Of a stretch of DNA of 64,000 nucleotides, positions 37,357 to 49,240 are shown piece by piece. Source of the DNA: Leucoraja ocellata. Its lineage: Eukaryota. Numbering within the stretch: the first letter of the stretch is position 1; every line of letters starts with the position of its first letter. A model generated the notes under the pieces. The model was not told the DNA's origin and ran no database searches. It saw only the letters and a list, made by a program, of their open reading frames with translations. The DNA lies in the NCBI GenBank assembly GCA_036785375.1, contig JAWMAR010000508.1, positions 930,001 to 994,000 of the forward strand, given 5' to 3'. The position numbers and the translations under genes were made by a program.

Positions 37357-38102
37357 GGGCGCTGTTCTGGCGGCAGCCATGGCAGCAGCGCGTCAGCCTT
37401 TCAATTTTATTTTTTTATTTTTAGTATGTTTTAAGTGTGTATTTAGTGGGGATTTTTGTGTTTTGTGTGGGGGGTGGTGTGGGTGGTGTAAGGGGAAACC
37501 GCTTTGGTCGCCTCCTCCATGGAGAGGCGACTTTTTCCAGGTCGCCTTCCGCGTGGCCTACCATCAAGGATCAGCGAGGCCTTTCCCGGAGACGTGCCCG
37601 GGGCTTCAGCGGCAGGCGCAGCGTGGACTCGGCGTGGAGCGGGTGAGCCCTCCCTGGGGCTCGCTGGAGGGGAGTGCTCCATTTCACTGGCCTGGGGCAA
37701 CCGGCATCCTGAAGCCGCAGCCTGAAGCCGCGGTCTGCAGAGTTCCAGCTGCTGCAGCGTCTACAGCCCGGGATCCCTCGTGGGGGACCCGGGGGAAGAA
37801 GAAGCCGCCATTGCCGGCCCGCGGGCCCGGCATGGACTTACCATCACCCCTGGAGGGGAGCTTCGACCGCCGGCCCTGCAGTCTACGGTGCTTCTGGCTG
37901 CGGTGGGGACTTTAAATCTCAACCGCCGGCCTGCGGCCTACACAATCTTGAAGCCGCGGTCTCCGGTGAGGAAAGACCGATCCTGGACTGCACTCTGGAC
38001 TCTGGTCGTCTCCACCTGGGGGGGGGGGGGATGGAGGAGGACGGCCAAAAAATGTTGTGCCTTCCACCATAGTGATGAATGCTGTGGTGGATGTTTATGT
38101 TA
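37357..38102 (+). mobile_element. GC-rich non-autonomous retroposon
   Basis: GC 5' end, T/GT tract, GC-rich body, hairpin-TGTTTATG motif; 3' end cut by CR1. Confidence 0.6.
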
Positions 38103-38347
38103 CATAGAAACATAGAAACATAGAAATTAGGTGCAGGAGTAGAGGCCATTCGGCCCTTCGAGCCTGCACCGCCATTCAACATGATCATGGCTGATCATCC
38201 AACTCAGTATCCTGTACCTGCCTTCTCTCCATACCCCCTGAGCCCCTTAGCCACAAGGGCCACATCTAACTCCCTCTTAAATATAGCCAATGAACTGGCC
38301 TCAACTACCTTCTGTGGCAGAGAATTTCAGAGATTCACCACTCTCTG
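38103..38347 (-). mobile_element. CR1 family A tail
   Basis: (CATAGAAA)n tail. Confidence 0.88.
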
Positions 38348-40316
38348 CATGTAATCTGAGTGTTCGTTCCTTTGCTTGCTGTAAGTTCTGGTAATGCAAA
38401 GGCCCATACTGCTGGGAATGCAGCTACTATTTGCAAATTACACTCGCTGTTTGCCTGATAGATGGCTAGAATTTGACTATCAGGTCATTGCAGGCTTAAT
38501 TAAATATTGTCGTTTGCCCCTTGGCAAAGTCACCAACGTATTTACTGTTTTTGATAGTAAATTCTAGGTAATCAATTACCCTTGCAGGTGTCAATTTTGA
38601 TTTAACTGGATGGATGAGGTAACCAAGTCTTTCAAACAGGGTTTTGGTTTGCTTCTGCCAATTCTTGGTGACTCCAAAATGAAAATGTCCTCCAAATATG
38701 CCATTACTATGTGGTTCTGAGACCTTTGTAGACCCAGAATTGCTTTCCGTAGTTTCGTCAATAGTCTAGGAGCTGATGTCAACCCATTGGGCAGAGCCAT
38801 GCCATCCAGTTAAACTTCAAATATCTCCTGTTCTTAGTGAATAGACACCGAATAGTATGCATCTTTGAGGTTGATGCATGCCACGTGACCATTTTATAGG
38901 AAGCTCCTATAAAACAGTAGTTAGACCGTAACAAAAAATTGCTGTTCTGAAAGTCTGTACTGCACAAACGAGTTAAACCTGGATGAAGGTATTCCCTACC
39001 ATTTACATGGTAAATGGTAGGGAATTACATGGTAAATGGTAGGGGATTACATGGTAATGGTACGGAATTAAAGAATACAGTTGAACAGAGGGATCTGGGT
39101 ATAACCGTGCATAGTTCCTTGAAGTGGAATCTCATATAGATAGGGTGGTAAAGAAAGCTTTTGGTATGCTAGCCTTTATAAATCAGAGCATTGAGTATAG
39201 AAGCTGGGATATAATGTTAAAATTGTACAAGGCATTGGTGAGACCAAATTTGTAGTATGGTGTACAATTTTGGTCGCCCAATTATAGGAAGGATGTCAAC
39301 AAAATAGAGAGAGTACAGAGGAGATTTACTAGAATGTTACCTGGGTTTCAACAACTAAGTTACAGAGATAGGTTGAATAAGTTAGGTCTTTATTCTCTGG
39401 AGCGCAGAAGGTTAAGGGGGGACCTGATAGAGGTCTTTAAAATAATGAGAGGGATAGACAGAGTTGATGTAGACAAGCTTTTCCCTTTGAGAATAGGGAA
39501 GATTCAAACAAGAGGACATGACTTCAGAATTAAGGGACAGAAGTTTAGGGGTAATATGAGGGGGGACTTCTTTACTCAGAGAGTGGTAGCGGTGTGGAAT
39601 GAGCTTCCAGTGGAAGTGGTGGAGGCAGGTTCATTGGTATCATTTAAAAATAAATTGGATAGGCATATGGATGAGAAGGGAATGGAGGGTTATGGTATGA
39701 GTGCAGGCAGGTGGGACTAAGGGGAAACAAAGTTGTTCGGCACGGACTTGTAGGGCCGAGATGGCCTGTTTCCGTGCTGTAATTGTTATATGGTTATATG
39801 GTTATAAGTGACATCATCCATCTGTCACCTGTCCTGGAAGGCAATCCTGCCCAAAATACTGGGCCTGCCTTGAAGACAATTCCGGATCGAGTGCCAAGTC
39901 TGCTTGGAACCTCTGTATGTTGTGCAGTAAAAAATAATCACATGTTGTTATCTGTTTTTTAAAACCAGATCTGAAATTCATGTTATTGTCATTTTGAACA
40001 AAAACACAAGAGTAAAAATTACCAACATGTAACTGGTCCACAATCCCTTGTTTCAGTAAACCCAGACCCACCTATCTCCATGGCTACCGGTGGTCTTGTG
40101 GTAAGCCCAAAGGCCCCTAATGCGAGTTCCTTTTCACTCCTTGATTGGGCAGTAGGACTGGTAGGGAGTGTGGATGCCATGTTTCTCCTGACCTCTGCTT
40201 GGGTCTTGGTCTGAAAACCTCATCATACTGAGCCTGCCTTGTCGGACAATTCTGGCCATAATTCTGAGTCTGCCTTGAAAGACGACTCTGATCATATTTC
40301 CGTGCCCAGCTTTCAA
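38348..40316 (-). mobile_element. Decayed DIRS RT-region relic interrupted by CR1-B
   Basis: ALPNGLTSAPRLLTK...VMAYLEDIFI (degenerate YLDD); VTLP.GK-like sequence resembles the 6859-8061 ORF. Confidence 0.75.
39003..39806 (+). mobile_element. CR1 family B 3' fragment
   Basis: ORF 39334-39720; tail; ~22-bp triplication at 5' end. Confidence 0.92.
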
Positions 40317-40319
40317 GAC

Positions 40320-41190
40320 AAGTCAAGTCAAGTCAAGTTTATTTGTCACATACACATACGAGATGTGCAGTGAAATGAAAGTGGCAATGCTCGCGGACTT
40401 TTGTGCAAAAGACAAACAACCAAACAAACTATAAACACAATTATAACACACATATTCTGTCCAAAGCAAGCGCTGTCTGCGGAGGGCGCTCAGCATCGCC
40501 AAGGACTGCTCTCACCCCAACCATGGACTGTTTAACCTCCTACCATCCGGGAGGCGCTACAGGTCTCTCCGTTGCCGAACCAGCAGGTCGAGGAACAGCT
40601 TCTTTCCGGCGGCTGTCACTCTACTCAACAACGTACCTCGGTGACTGCCAATCACCACCCCCCCCCCCCCGGACACTTATTATTATTTATTCAAATCGTT
40701 TGCTATGTCGCTCTTCCAGGGAGATGCTAAATGCATTTCGTTGTCTCTGTACTGTACACTGACAATGACAATTACAATTGAATCTGAATCTAAATCTGAA
40801 TCTGAATCGGTATTCTTTTACATAATAAATAATGGAAGGAAAAACGTTCAGTAGAGTTAGTCCCTGGTGAGATAGGCGTTTACAGTCCGAATTGCCTCTG
40901 GGAAGAAACTCCTCCTCAACCTCTCCGTTCTCACCGCATGGCAACGGAGGCGTTTGCCTGACCGTAGCAGCTGGAACAGTCCGTTGCAGGGGTGGAAGGT
41001 GTCTCCCATGATTTTGTTTGCTCTGGAGTTGCACCTCCTGTTGTATAGTTCCTGCAGGGGGGTGAGTGAAGTTCCCATAGTGCGTTCGGCCGAACGCACT
41101 ACTCTCTGCAGAGCCTTCTTGTCCTTGTCAGTGCAATTCCCAAACCAGATGGTAATGTTCCCGGACAAGATGCTTTCCACCGCCACTGCC
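40320..41190 (-). mobile_element. Rex-Babar LINE (second subfamily) with nested Rex insertion
   Basis: ORF 40857-41192 (HPCNGLFQLLRSGKR); (TTGAC)n tail at 40320; nested + strand Rex 3' end at 40456-40808 flanked by TATTCT. Confidence 0.8.
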
Positions 41191-41263
41191 ATTTACGTTT
41201 GTGGTTGCAACATGACAAAATGTGGAAAAATTCAAGGGGTATGAATACTTTTGCAAGCCACTG
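41190..41263. mobile_element. Tc1/mariner terminal fragment
   Basis: Reverse complement reads CAGTGGCTTGCAAAAGTATTCATACCCCTTGAA, a typical fish Tc1 TIR. Confidence 0.65.
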
Positions 41264-41368
41264 CAAATCTAACTCTCTTTTGAAAACACCCAGTGAATTG
41301 GCCTCCACTGAATTCTGTGGCAGAGAATTCCATAGATTCACAACTCTGTGTGAAAAAGTGTTTCCTCA

Positions 41369-42195
41369 TCAGATTCAGATTCAGATTCAATTTTAATTGT
41401 CATTGTCAGTGTACAGTACAGAGACAACGAAATGCATTTAGCATCTCCCTGGAAGAGCGACATAACAAACGATTTGAATAAATAATAATAAGTGTCTGGG
41501 GGGGTGGGTGGTGATTGGCAGTCACCGAGGTACGTTGTTGAGTAGAGTGACAGCCGCCGGGAAGAAGCTGTTCCTCGACCTGCTGGTTCGGCAACGGAGA
41601 GACCTGTAGCGCCGCCCGGATGGTAGGAGGGTAAACAGCCCATGGTTGGGGTGAGAGCAGTCCTTGGCGATGCTGAGCGCCCTCCGCAGACAGCGCTTGC
41701 TTTGGACAGACTCAATGGAGGGGAGCGAGGAACCGGTGATGCGTTGGGCAATTTTCACCACCCTCTGCAATGCCTACCGGTCGGAGACAGAGCAGTTGCC
41801 ATACCATACTGTGATGCAGTTGGTAAGGATGCTCTCGATGGTGCAGCGGTAGAAGTTCACCAGGATCTGAGGAGACATATGGACCTTCTTCAGTCTCCTC
41901 AGGAAGAAAAGATGCTGATGAGCATTCTTGATCAGATTTGAGGTATTGTGGGTCCAAGAGAGGTCATCGGAGATGTTGACTCCCAGGAACCTGAAGCTAG
42001 AAACACGTTCCACCTCCGTCCCGTTAATGAGGATGGGGGTGTGCGTGCCGCCTCTGGACTTCCTGAAGTCTACAATGAGCTCCTTGGTCTTCTTGGAGTT
42101 AAGGGCCAGGTTGTTGTCAGAGCACCATGCTGCTAAGTGCTGGACCTCCTCCCTGTAGGCCAGCTCATCGTTGTTGCTGATGAGGCCAATCATCA
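41369..42195 (-). mobile_element. Rex-Babar LINE 3' fragment inserted in old CR1
   Basis: ORFs 41774-42247 (LNSKKTKELIVDFR) and 41522-41770; (TGAATC)n tail. Confidence 0.9.
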
Positions 42196-42434
42196 GCATC
42201 GCAGTCCTAAATGGCCGACCCCTTATTCTTAAACTGTGTGTGACCACTGGTTCTGGACTCCGCCAACATCAGGAATATTTTTCCTGCATCTAGCTTGTCC
42301 AATCCCTTCAGAAGTTTATATGTTTGTATAAGATGCCCTCTCATCCTTCTAAATTCCAGTGAATGCAAGCCCAGTTGACCCATTCTTTCATCATATGTCA
42401 GTCCCACCATCCCGGGAATTAACCTAGTAAAAAT

Positions 42435-42710
42435 GTGTAGAATAGAACTGCAGATGCTGGTTTAAATTGAAGGTAGGCACAAAATGCTGGAGTAATTCAG
42501 CGGGACAGGCTGCATCTCTCGAGAGGAAGAATGGGTGATGTTTCGGGTCGAGACCCTTCTTCAGAACTGGTGAACCTACTCGGCAATCCCTCAATAGCAA
42601 AAAAACTAAACAAACTCTCCAGAGATGCTGCCTGTCCTGCTGAGTTACTCCAGCACTTTGAGTCTATCTTCAGTGTAAACCAGCATCTGCAGTTACCTTA
42701 ATACACAAGG
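42435..42710. mobile_element. Inverted pair of Penelope-like short repeats
   Basis: Left copy carries CTGAAGA-GGGTCTCGACCC-GAAAC on the minus strand. Confidence 0.6.
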
Positions 42711-42749
42711 TATTTCAGTGATCAGACTCCGTACAAATTCACAATTCAA

Positions 42750-43418
42750 TAACCATATAACCATATAACCATATAACAATTACAGCACGGAAACAGGCCA
42801 TCTCGACCCTTCTAGTCCGTGCCGAACACATATTCTCCACTAGTCCCTTATACCTGCGCTCAGACCATAACCTTCCATTCCTTTCCCGACCATATAACTA
42901 TCCAATTTATTTTTAAATGATAAAAACGAACCTGCCTCCACCACCTTCACTGGAAGCTCAATCCACACATCCACCACTCTCTGAGTAAAGATGTTCCCCC
43001 TCATGTTACCCCTAAACTTCAGTCCCTTAATTCTCAAGTCATGTCCCCTTGTTTGAATCTTCCCTACTCTCAGTGGGAAAAGCTTTTCCACGTCAACTCT
43101 GTCTATCCCACTCATTATTTTAAAGACCTCTATCAAGTCCTCCCTTAACCTTCTGCGCTCCAAAGAATAAAGCCCTAACTTGTTCAACCTTTCTCTGTAA
43201 CTTAGTTGCTGAAACCCAGGCAACATTCTAGTAAATCTCCTCTGTACTCTCTCTATTTTGTTGACAACCTTCCTATAATTAGGCGACCAAAATTGTACAC
43301 CATACTCCAGAATTGGCCTCACCAATGCCTTGTACAATTTTAACATTACATCCCAACTTCTATACTCAATGCTCTGATTTATAAAGGCCAGCACACCAAA
43401 AGCTTTCTTTACCACCCT
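42750..43418 (-). mobile_element. CR1 family B' 3' fragment
   Basis: 191-aa ORF 42840-43415; tail. Confidence 0.92.
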
Positions 43419-43452
43419 AATAAACTGGTCGTTGACTGACAGAATTACATAC

Positions 43453-43509
43453 CTTGGTTCTGTCCGCTGCTCGTCTCTGGAATATTGACTGACAAACTCT
43501 TGTCCTCAG
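43453..43509 (-). other. Candidate 57-nt exon (phase 1-1: EDKSLSVNIPETSSGQNQ)
   Basis: Non-repetitive island with CAG acceptor and AAG|GTATGT donor; open in phase 1. Confidence 0.35.
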
Positions 43510-43886
43510 CTGCCGTCACAGTGTGGAGAACACAAATGTGTAGAGGGGACAATTTACATCAAGAAACGGAAATAAAATAAGGAAGTATTCTTTTATCGGC
43601 AAATAGTTAACCCCTTTCATCCCTGTGGGGGCATGACTGATTTAGTGGAGGGAGTGCTGTAATGTGGGATGAGTCCCTCACTATCTCTGCAAACCTACTT
43701 TGGCTCTGAAACTATTCCTGGTCTCTGTAACCCCCTCCCCACCGGCCCCTACTCCCCTCCCTGTCAAATTGGAGGTATTGAATCTAGCGAGTGTGACAGT
43801 CTCCTGTTCCACAGTGCTCATTTGAACAAGACTGCACTGATTCAAGAATTGTGTGGGAAAGAACTGTAGATACTGGTTTAAAGTGA

Positions 43887-44571
43887 AGTGCAGCAGGCAG
43901 TGAAGAAAGCGAATGGAATGTTAGCTTTCATAGCAAAATGATTTGAGTATAGGAGCAGGAGGTTCTCCTGCAGTTGTACAGGGCCTTGGTGAGACAACAC
44001 CTGGAGTATTGCGTACAGTTTTGGTCTCCAAATCTGAGGAAGGACATTATTGCCATAGAGGGAGTGCAGAGAAGGTTCACCAGACTGATTCCTGGGGTGT
44101 CAGGACTGTCTTATGAAGAAAGACTGGATAGACTTGGTTTATACTCTCTAGAATTTAGGAGATTGAGAGGGGATCTTATAGAAACTTACAAAGTTCTTTT
44201 GGGTTGGACAGGCTAGATGCAGGAAGATTGTTCCGATGTTGGGGAAGTCCAGGACAAGGGGTCACAGCTTAAGGATCAAGGGGAAATCCTTTAAAACCGA
44301 GATGAGAAGAACTTTTTTCACACAGAGAGTGGTGAATCTCTGGATCTCTCTGCCGCAGAGGGTAGTCGAGGCCACAGTTCATTGGCTATATTTAAGAGGG
44401 AGTTAGATGTGGCCCTTGTGGCTAAGGGGATCAGAGGGTATGGAGAGAAGGCAGGTACGGGATACTGAGTTGGATGATCAGCCATGATCATATTGAATGG
44501 CGAATGGTGCAGGCTCGAAGGGCCGAATGGCCTACTCCTGCACCTAATTTCTATGTTTCTATGTTTCTATG
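43887..44571 (+). mobile_element. CR1 family A 3' fragment
   Basis: ORF 43974-44216; tail. Confidence 0.9.
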
Positions 44572-44572
44572 T

Positions 44573-44730
44573 CTTTAGAATGTGGGAGGAAACCGAAGAT
44601 CTCGGAGAAAACCCACGCAGGTCAAGGGGAGAACGTATAAATTCCGTACAGACAGCGCCCGTAGTCAGGATCGAACCCAGGTCTCTGGAGCTGTGAGGCT
44701 GCAATTCTAACGCTGCACTACCGTGCCGTG
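44573..44730 (-). mobile_element. HE1/V-SINE 5' part
   Basis: Reverse complement gives tRNA-like head with gttcgatcc B box. Confidence 0.75.
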
Positions 44731-45187
44731 CCTTTCAGCTATCCCCCTCTGATCTTAATTTTCACCCGTAGGTTGTTCCTAGTGTATGAGTAAGAGTCAT
44801 GGAAACAATGAAGTTGCAGAGACTTCATAAGGAAGTGGACAGAAGTATGAACAGGTAACTTAATGCGAAAAATCACGATGTCCTTTATACAGAAGGGAAC
44901 ATGTTTCGAACAGTTCCCCAAAGTTGAGGGTGCAGAACAGTCCTTTTATTCATCAAGAAAGCAAAGAGCTGGAGGAACTCAGCGGATCTGCGGATGGAGT
45001 GGACTAGTGTTTACACAAACAACATTTCAGATTGAGTCATAGAATGCAAAGTCATAGTCATAGAGTGATACAGGGTGGAAACAGGCCCTTCGGCCCAACT
45101 TGCCCACACTGGCAAACATGTCCCAGCTACACTAGTCCCACCTACCCACGTTTGGTCCATATCCCTCCAAACCTGTCCTACCCATAT

Positions 45188-45835
45188 ACATAGAAACATA
45201 GAAAACATAGAAATTAGGTGCAGGAGTAGGCCATTCGGCCCTTCGAGCCTGCACCATTCGCCATTCAATATGATCATGGCTGATCATCCAACTCAGTATC
45301 CTGTACCTGCCTTCTCTCCATACCCCCTGATCCCCTTAGCCACAAGGGCCACATCTAACTCCCTCTTAAATATAGCCAATGAACTGGCCTCAACTACCCC
45401 CTGTGGCAGAGAGTTCCAGAGATTCACCACTCTCTGTGTGAAAAAAGTTCTTCTCATCTCGGTTTTAAAGGATTTCCCCCTTATCCTTAAGCTGTGACCC
45501 CTTGTCCTAGACTTCCCCAACATCGGGAGCAATCTTCCTGCATCTAGCCTGTCCAACCCCTTAAGAATTTTGTAAGTTTCTATAAGCTCCCCTCTCAGTC
45601 TCCTAAATTCTAGAGAGTATAAACCAAGTCTATCCAGTCTTTCTTCATAAGACAATCCTGACATCCCAGGAATCAGTCTGGTGAACCTTCTCTGCACTCC
45701 CTCTAAGGCAAGAATGTCCTTCCTCAGATTTGGAGACCAAAACTGTATGCAATACTCCAGGTGTGGTCTCACCAAGACCCTGTACAACTGCAGTAGAACC
45801 TCGTTGCTCCTATACTCAAATCATTTTGCTATGAA
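45188..45835 (-). mobile_element. CR1 family A 3' fragment
   Basis: ORF 45293-45787; tail. Confidence 0.92.
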
Positions 45836-46079
45836 TATCCCTGTTTGTGTAAAACAGCCCTATCGAAATATATGCTTGCATTGAGTTTGCTCTCTATATT
45901 AGCATTATCACTAGAACTTATGAAGTGGCAGAAACTCCAGAGGCCCAACGACCTCTTGTTATATGAGGAAGTAGACAGAAGTTGTGACAGGAAATCTAGT
46001 GCTAAAAATGAAAATGTTCTTTCACAGAATGATGGGAAATGTATCACAGAGTTCCCCAAAGCCGAGGGTGCATAATACT

Positions 46080-46296
46080 CCCTTTAATGCTTTTAATGTA
46101 TTTTAATTTTTAATTTAATGTAATTTAATTCAATTTAATAACACTCCCTTTAATGCTTTTAATGTCTTTTTAATTTTTACTGTTTTTACAGTCCTGTGGT
46201 CTTAATGGTTTAAGTAGTTTGTAATAACTTTTTGTTGACTTCCCATGTACAGCACTTTGTGGTAACTGATGTTGTCTAAAAGCGCTTTATAAATAA

Positions 46297-46335
<39 letters not shown>

Positions 46336-46352
46336 ATTATTATTATTATTAT
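46080..46352 (+). mobile_element. L2-type 3' UTR with (ATT)n tail
   Basis: tgtacagcactttg...ataaataaattattatt as in the L2 at 52617-53437. Confidence 0.65.
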
Positions 46353-46689
46353 TCATCGAGCAAACAAATGCTGGGGGAACTCGGCGGATCTAGGGGTGGT
46401 TAGACACAAAGGGCTGGAGTAACTCAATGGGATGGGCAGCATCTCTAGAGAGGAGGATTTCGTGTCGAGGGTGACATTTCAGACTGAGAGTCAGGGGAGA
46501 GGGAAATTAGAGATATGGACGGTGATGTATATATAGAAGAAATGAATGAAAGATGCAAAATAAGTAACAATGGTAAAGGAAGCAGGCCGTTGTTAGCGAT
46601 TTACTATATGAGAACGAGAAGCTGGTGCAACTTGGGTGGGGGAGGGATGGAGAGAGCGGAAACGCAGCGGTTACTTGAAGTTACTTGAA

Positions 46690-47562
46690 GGCGGTAGGCG
46701 GCGCGACTCTCGTCAGCAGCGGTCTCTGCAGCCCGTCTGCGTTTTTATTATTTTCTGTCTATGTTTTTATGTGTTTTTTGTTATTTTTTGTTGGGGTGTG
46801 TGTGTGTGGGGGGGGAGGGGGGGGGGGGGGTGAGGGTGGGGGTGGGAGGGAGGGGGTAACTTTTAAATCTCTCCCTGCACGGGAGACCCGACCTTTTCTT
46901 TGTCGGGTCTCCGTTGTCGTTGGGGCTGCAACGAGGAGCGGCCTCCAACAGGAGAAGACCGGGGGCTCTGGTGCCGACGACTCACCTCACCGTCGCGGAG
47001 CTGGCCGAGTCCAGAGCGGGTGGAGCGGTGGTGGAGCGCTGCTGCTGCTGCGGCCCGACCTCCGGAGGCTGCAACTGCAGGTCTGGCGGACGGCGGCACC
47101 GGGAGCCCGCGGGTCCCTGGAGGGAGACCGCTTTTCAGGGCTCTCGCAACGGCGACTTATCCCGCCCGAGTTGCGGGGTTGAAGAGCTCCTAGAGCGGGG
47201 CCTTACAGCACCGCCCCGCGCGGCTTGGAATGGCCGCGGGACTCTGCGAGCGCACGCCGGTGGCTCCAACACCAAGACCCGGTGTGCGACCTCGCACCAC
47301 CCGGCGTGGCTTTAATGGCCGCGGGACAATCACCATCGCCAGCCGGGGCTTTGACTTTGACTCTGACATGGGGGGGGGGGGGGGGGAGAGTGCAGTGGAG
47401 ATATGTTTTTTTGGCCTTCCATCACAGCGATGTGATGGATGTTCATGTAAATTATGTTGTGTCTTGGGTCTATTTGTTTGTAATGTATGGCTGCAGAAAC
47501 AGCATTTCGTTTGGACCTCAAGGGGTCCAAATGACAATTAAATTGAATCTTGAATCTTGAAT
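46690..47562 (+). mobile_element. GC-rich non-autonomous retroposon with Rex-like 3' tail
   Basis: Ends gcatttcgttt...aatgacaattaaattgaatcttgaatc; CTTGAAGTTA direct repeat on both flanks. Confidence 0.7.
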
Positions 47563-47880
47563 CTTGAAGTTAGAGAAATCAATATTCATATCATACCGAG
47601 AGGTGGCAGAGGGAGGCGGTGCAAAAGCATCGACATTAGTGAGCAAGTCCGTCTGACACAACTAAAATTGCTCATGATATGGTCTGTTATCACGAGGGTT
47701 TATGGTCAAGAGGGTGAATTTAGTTGAAGGAGGGACCACAGATGCTGGCTTAAACCAATGATAGACACAAAAAGCTGGAGTCACTCAATAAGTCAGTTTT
47801 ATTTAGTTTAGAGATACAGTGCAGATGCAGCGTGGAAACAGGCCCTTCAGCCCTTCAGCCCAGAAGATGGCCATCGTAGA

Positions 47881-48875
47881 AAAGGATTTGAGTATAGCAT
47901 TTTTCATAGCAAAAGGATTTGAGTATAGGAGCAGGGAGGTTCTACTGTAGTTGTACAGGGTCTTGGTGAGACCACACCTGGAGTATTGTGTACAGTTTTG
48001 GCCTTCATAACAAGAGTTGATGAGTTTCGGAGCGGGCAGAAGCGTGGCAGATGCAGTTTAATGCGGATAAATGTGAGGATATCCACTTTATGGTGGCAAA
48101 AACAGGAAGGCAGACAATTATGTGAATGGTAGGCGATTAGGAAAAGGGGAGATGCAACGAGACCTGGGTGTCATGGTACACCAGTCATTGAAAGTAGGCA
48201 TGCAGGTGCAGCAGGCAGGGAAGAAAGCCAATGGTATGTTAGCATTCATAGCAAAATGATTTGAGAATAGGAGCAGGGAGGTTCTACTTCAGTTGTACAG
48301 GGTCTTGGTGAGACCACACCTGTAGTATTGCGTACAGTTTTGGTCTCCAAATCTGAGGAAGGACATTATTGCCATGGAGCGAGTGCAGAGAAGGTTCACC
48401 AGACTGATTCCTGGGATGTCAGGACTGTCTTATGAAGAAAGACTTGGTTCATACTGTCTAGAATTTAGGAGACTGAGAGGGGATCTTATAGAAACTTACA
48501 AAATTCTTAAGGGGTTGGACAGGCTAGATGCAGGAAGATTGCTCCCGATGTTGGGGAAGTCCGGGACAAGGGGTTCACAGCTTAAGGATAAGGGGGGAAA
48601 TCCTTTAAAACCGAGATGAGAAGAACTTTTTTCACACAGAGAGTGGTGAATCTCTGGAACTCTCTGCCGCAGAGGGTAGTCGAGGCCACAGTTCATTGGC
48701 TATATTTAAGAGGGAGTTAGATGTGCCCCTTGTGGCTAAGGGGATCAGGGGGTATGGAGAGAAGGCAGGTACGGGATACTGAGTTGGATGATCAGCCATG
48801 ATCATATTGAATGGCGGTGCAGGCTCGAAGGGCCGAATGGCCTCTACTCCTGCACCTAATTTCTATGTTTCTATG
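47881..48875 (+). mobile_element. CR1 family A, 5'-rearranged
   Basis: ORF 48374-48619; tail. Confidence 0.88.
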
Positions 48876-49240
48876 ATCACCCGTTCACACTGATTTCAGG
48901 AAGGTCAGAGGGGGCAGACATACCCCCCATCCATATAAACGGGACTGAGGTGGAGCGCGTCTCCAACTACAAATTCCTCGGGTACACATCTTGTTGGCTG
49001 TAACGTCCCCTGATAGTGGTGTTCACTGCATTGTGTTGGGTGGCAACCTTACTGCCAGGAATCGTACCTCTGACACATGCCCTCCATCCCTTGAGGTATG
49101 CTCCACGCTATACCCTCAGCCTCGGCATCAGATTTACACTGACCCGGCATGTTCTCCTCCTCCTCCATAAGGAAGACATTAAGCAGCTACAAGGCGCAGC
49201 TGGCGCGGCCTCTCAAACAGGCCCACACTTCAGGGTCAGA

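Larger units (their letters stand above)
30050..40316 (+). repeat. Segmental duplication, copy 1 (paralogous to ~55110-64000+)
   Basis: Shared unique junctions from atatgggatgatgttcctcc through the DIRS relic; middle part inverted. Confidence 0.9.
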
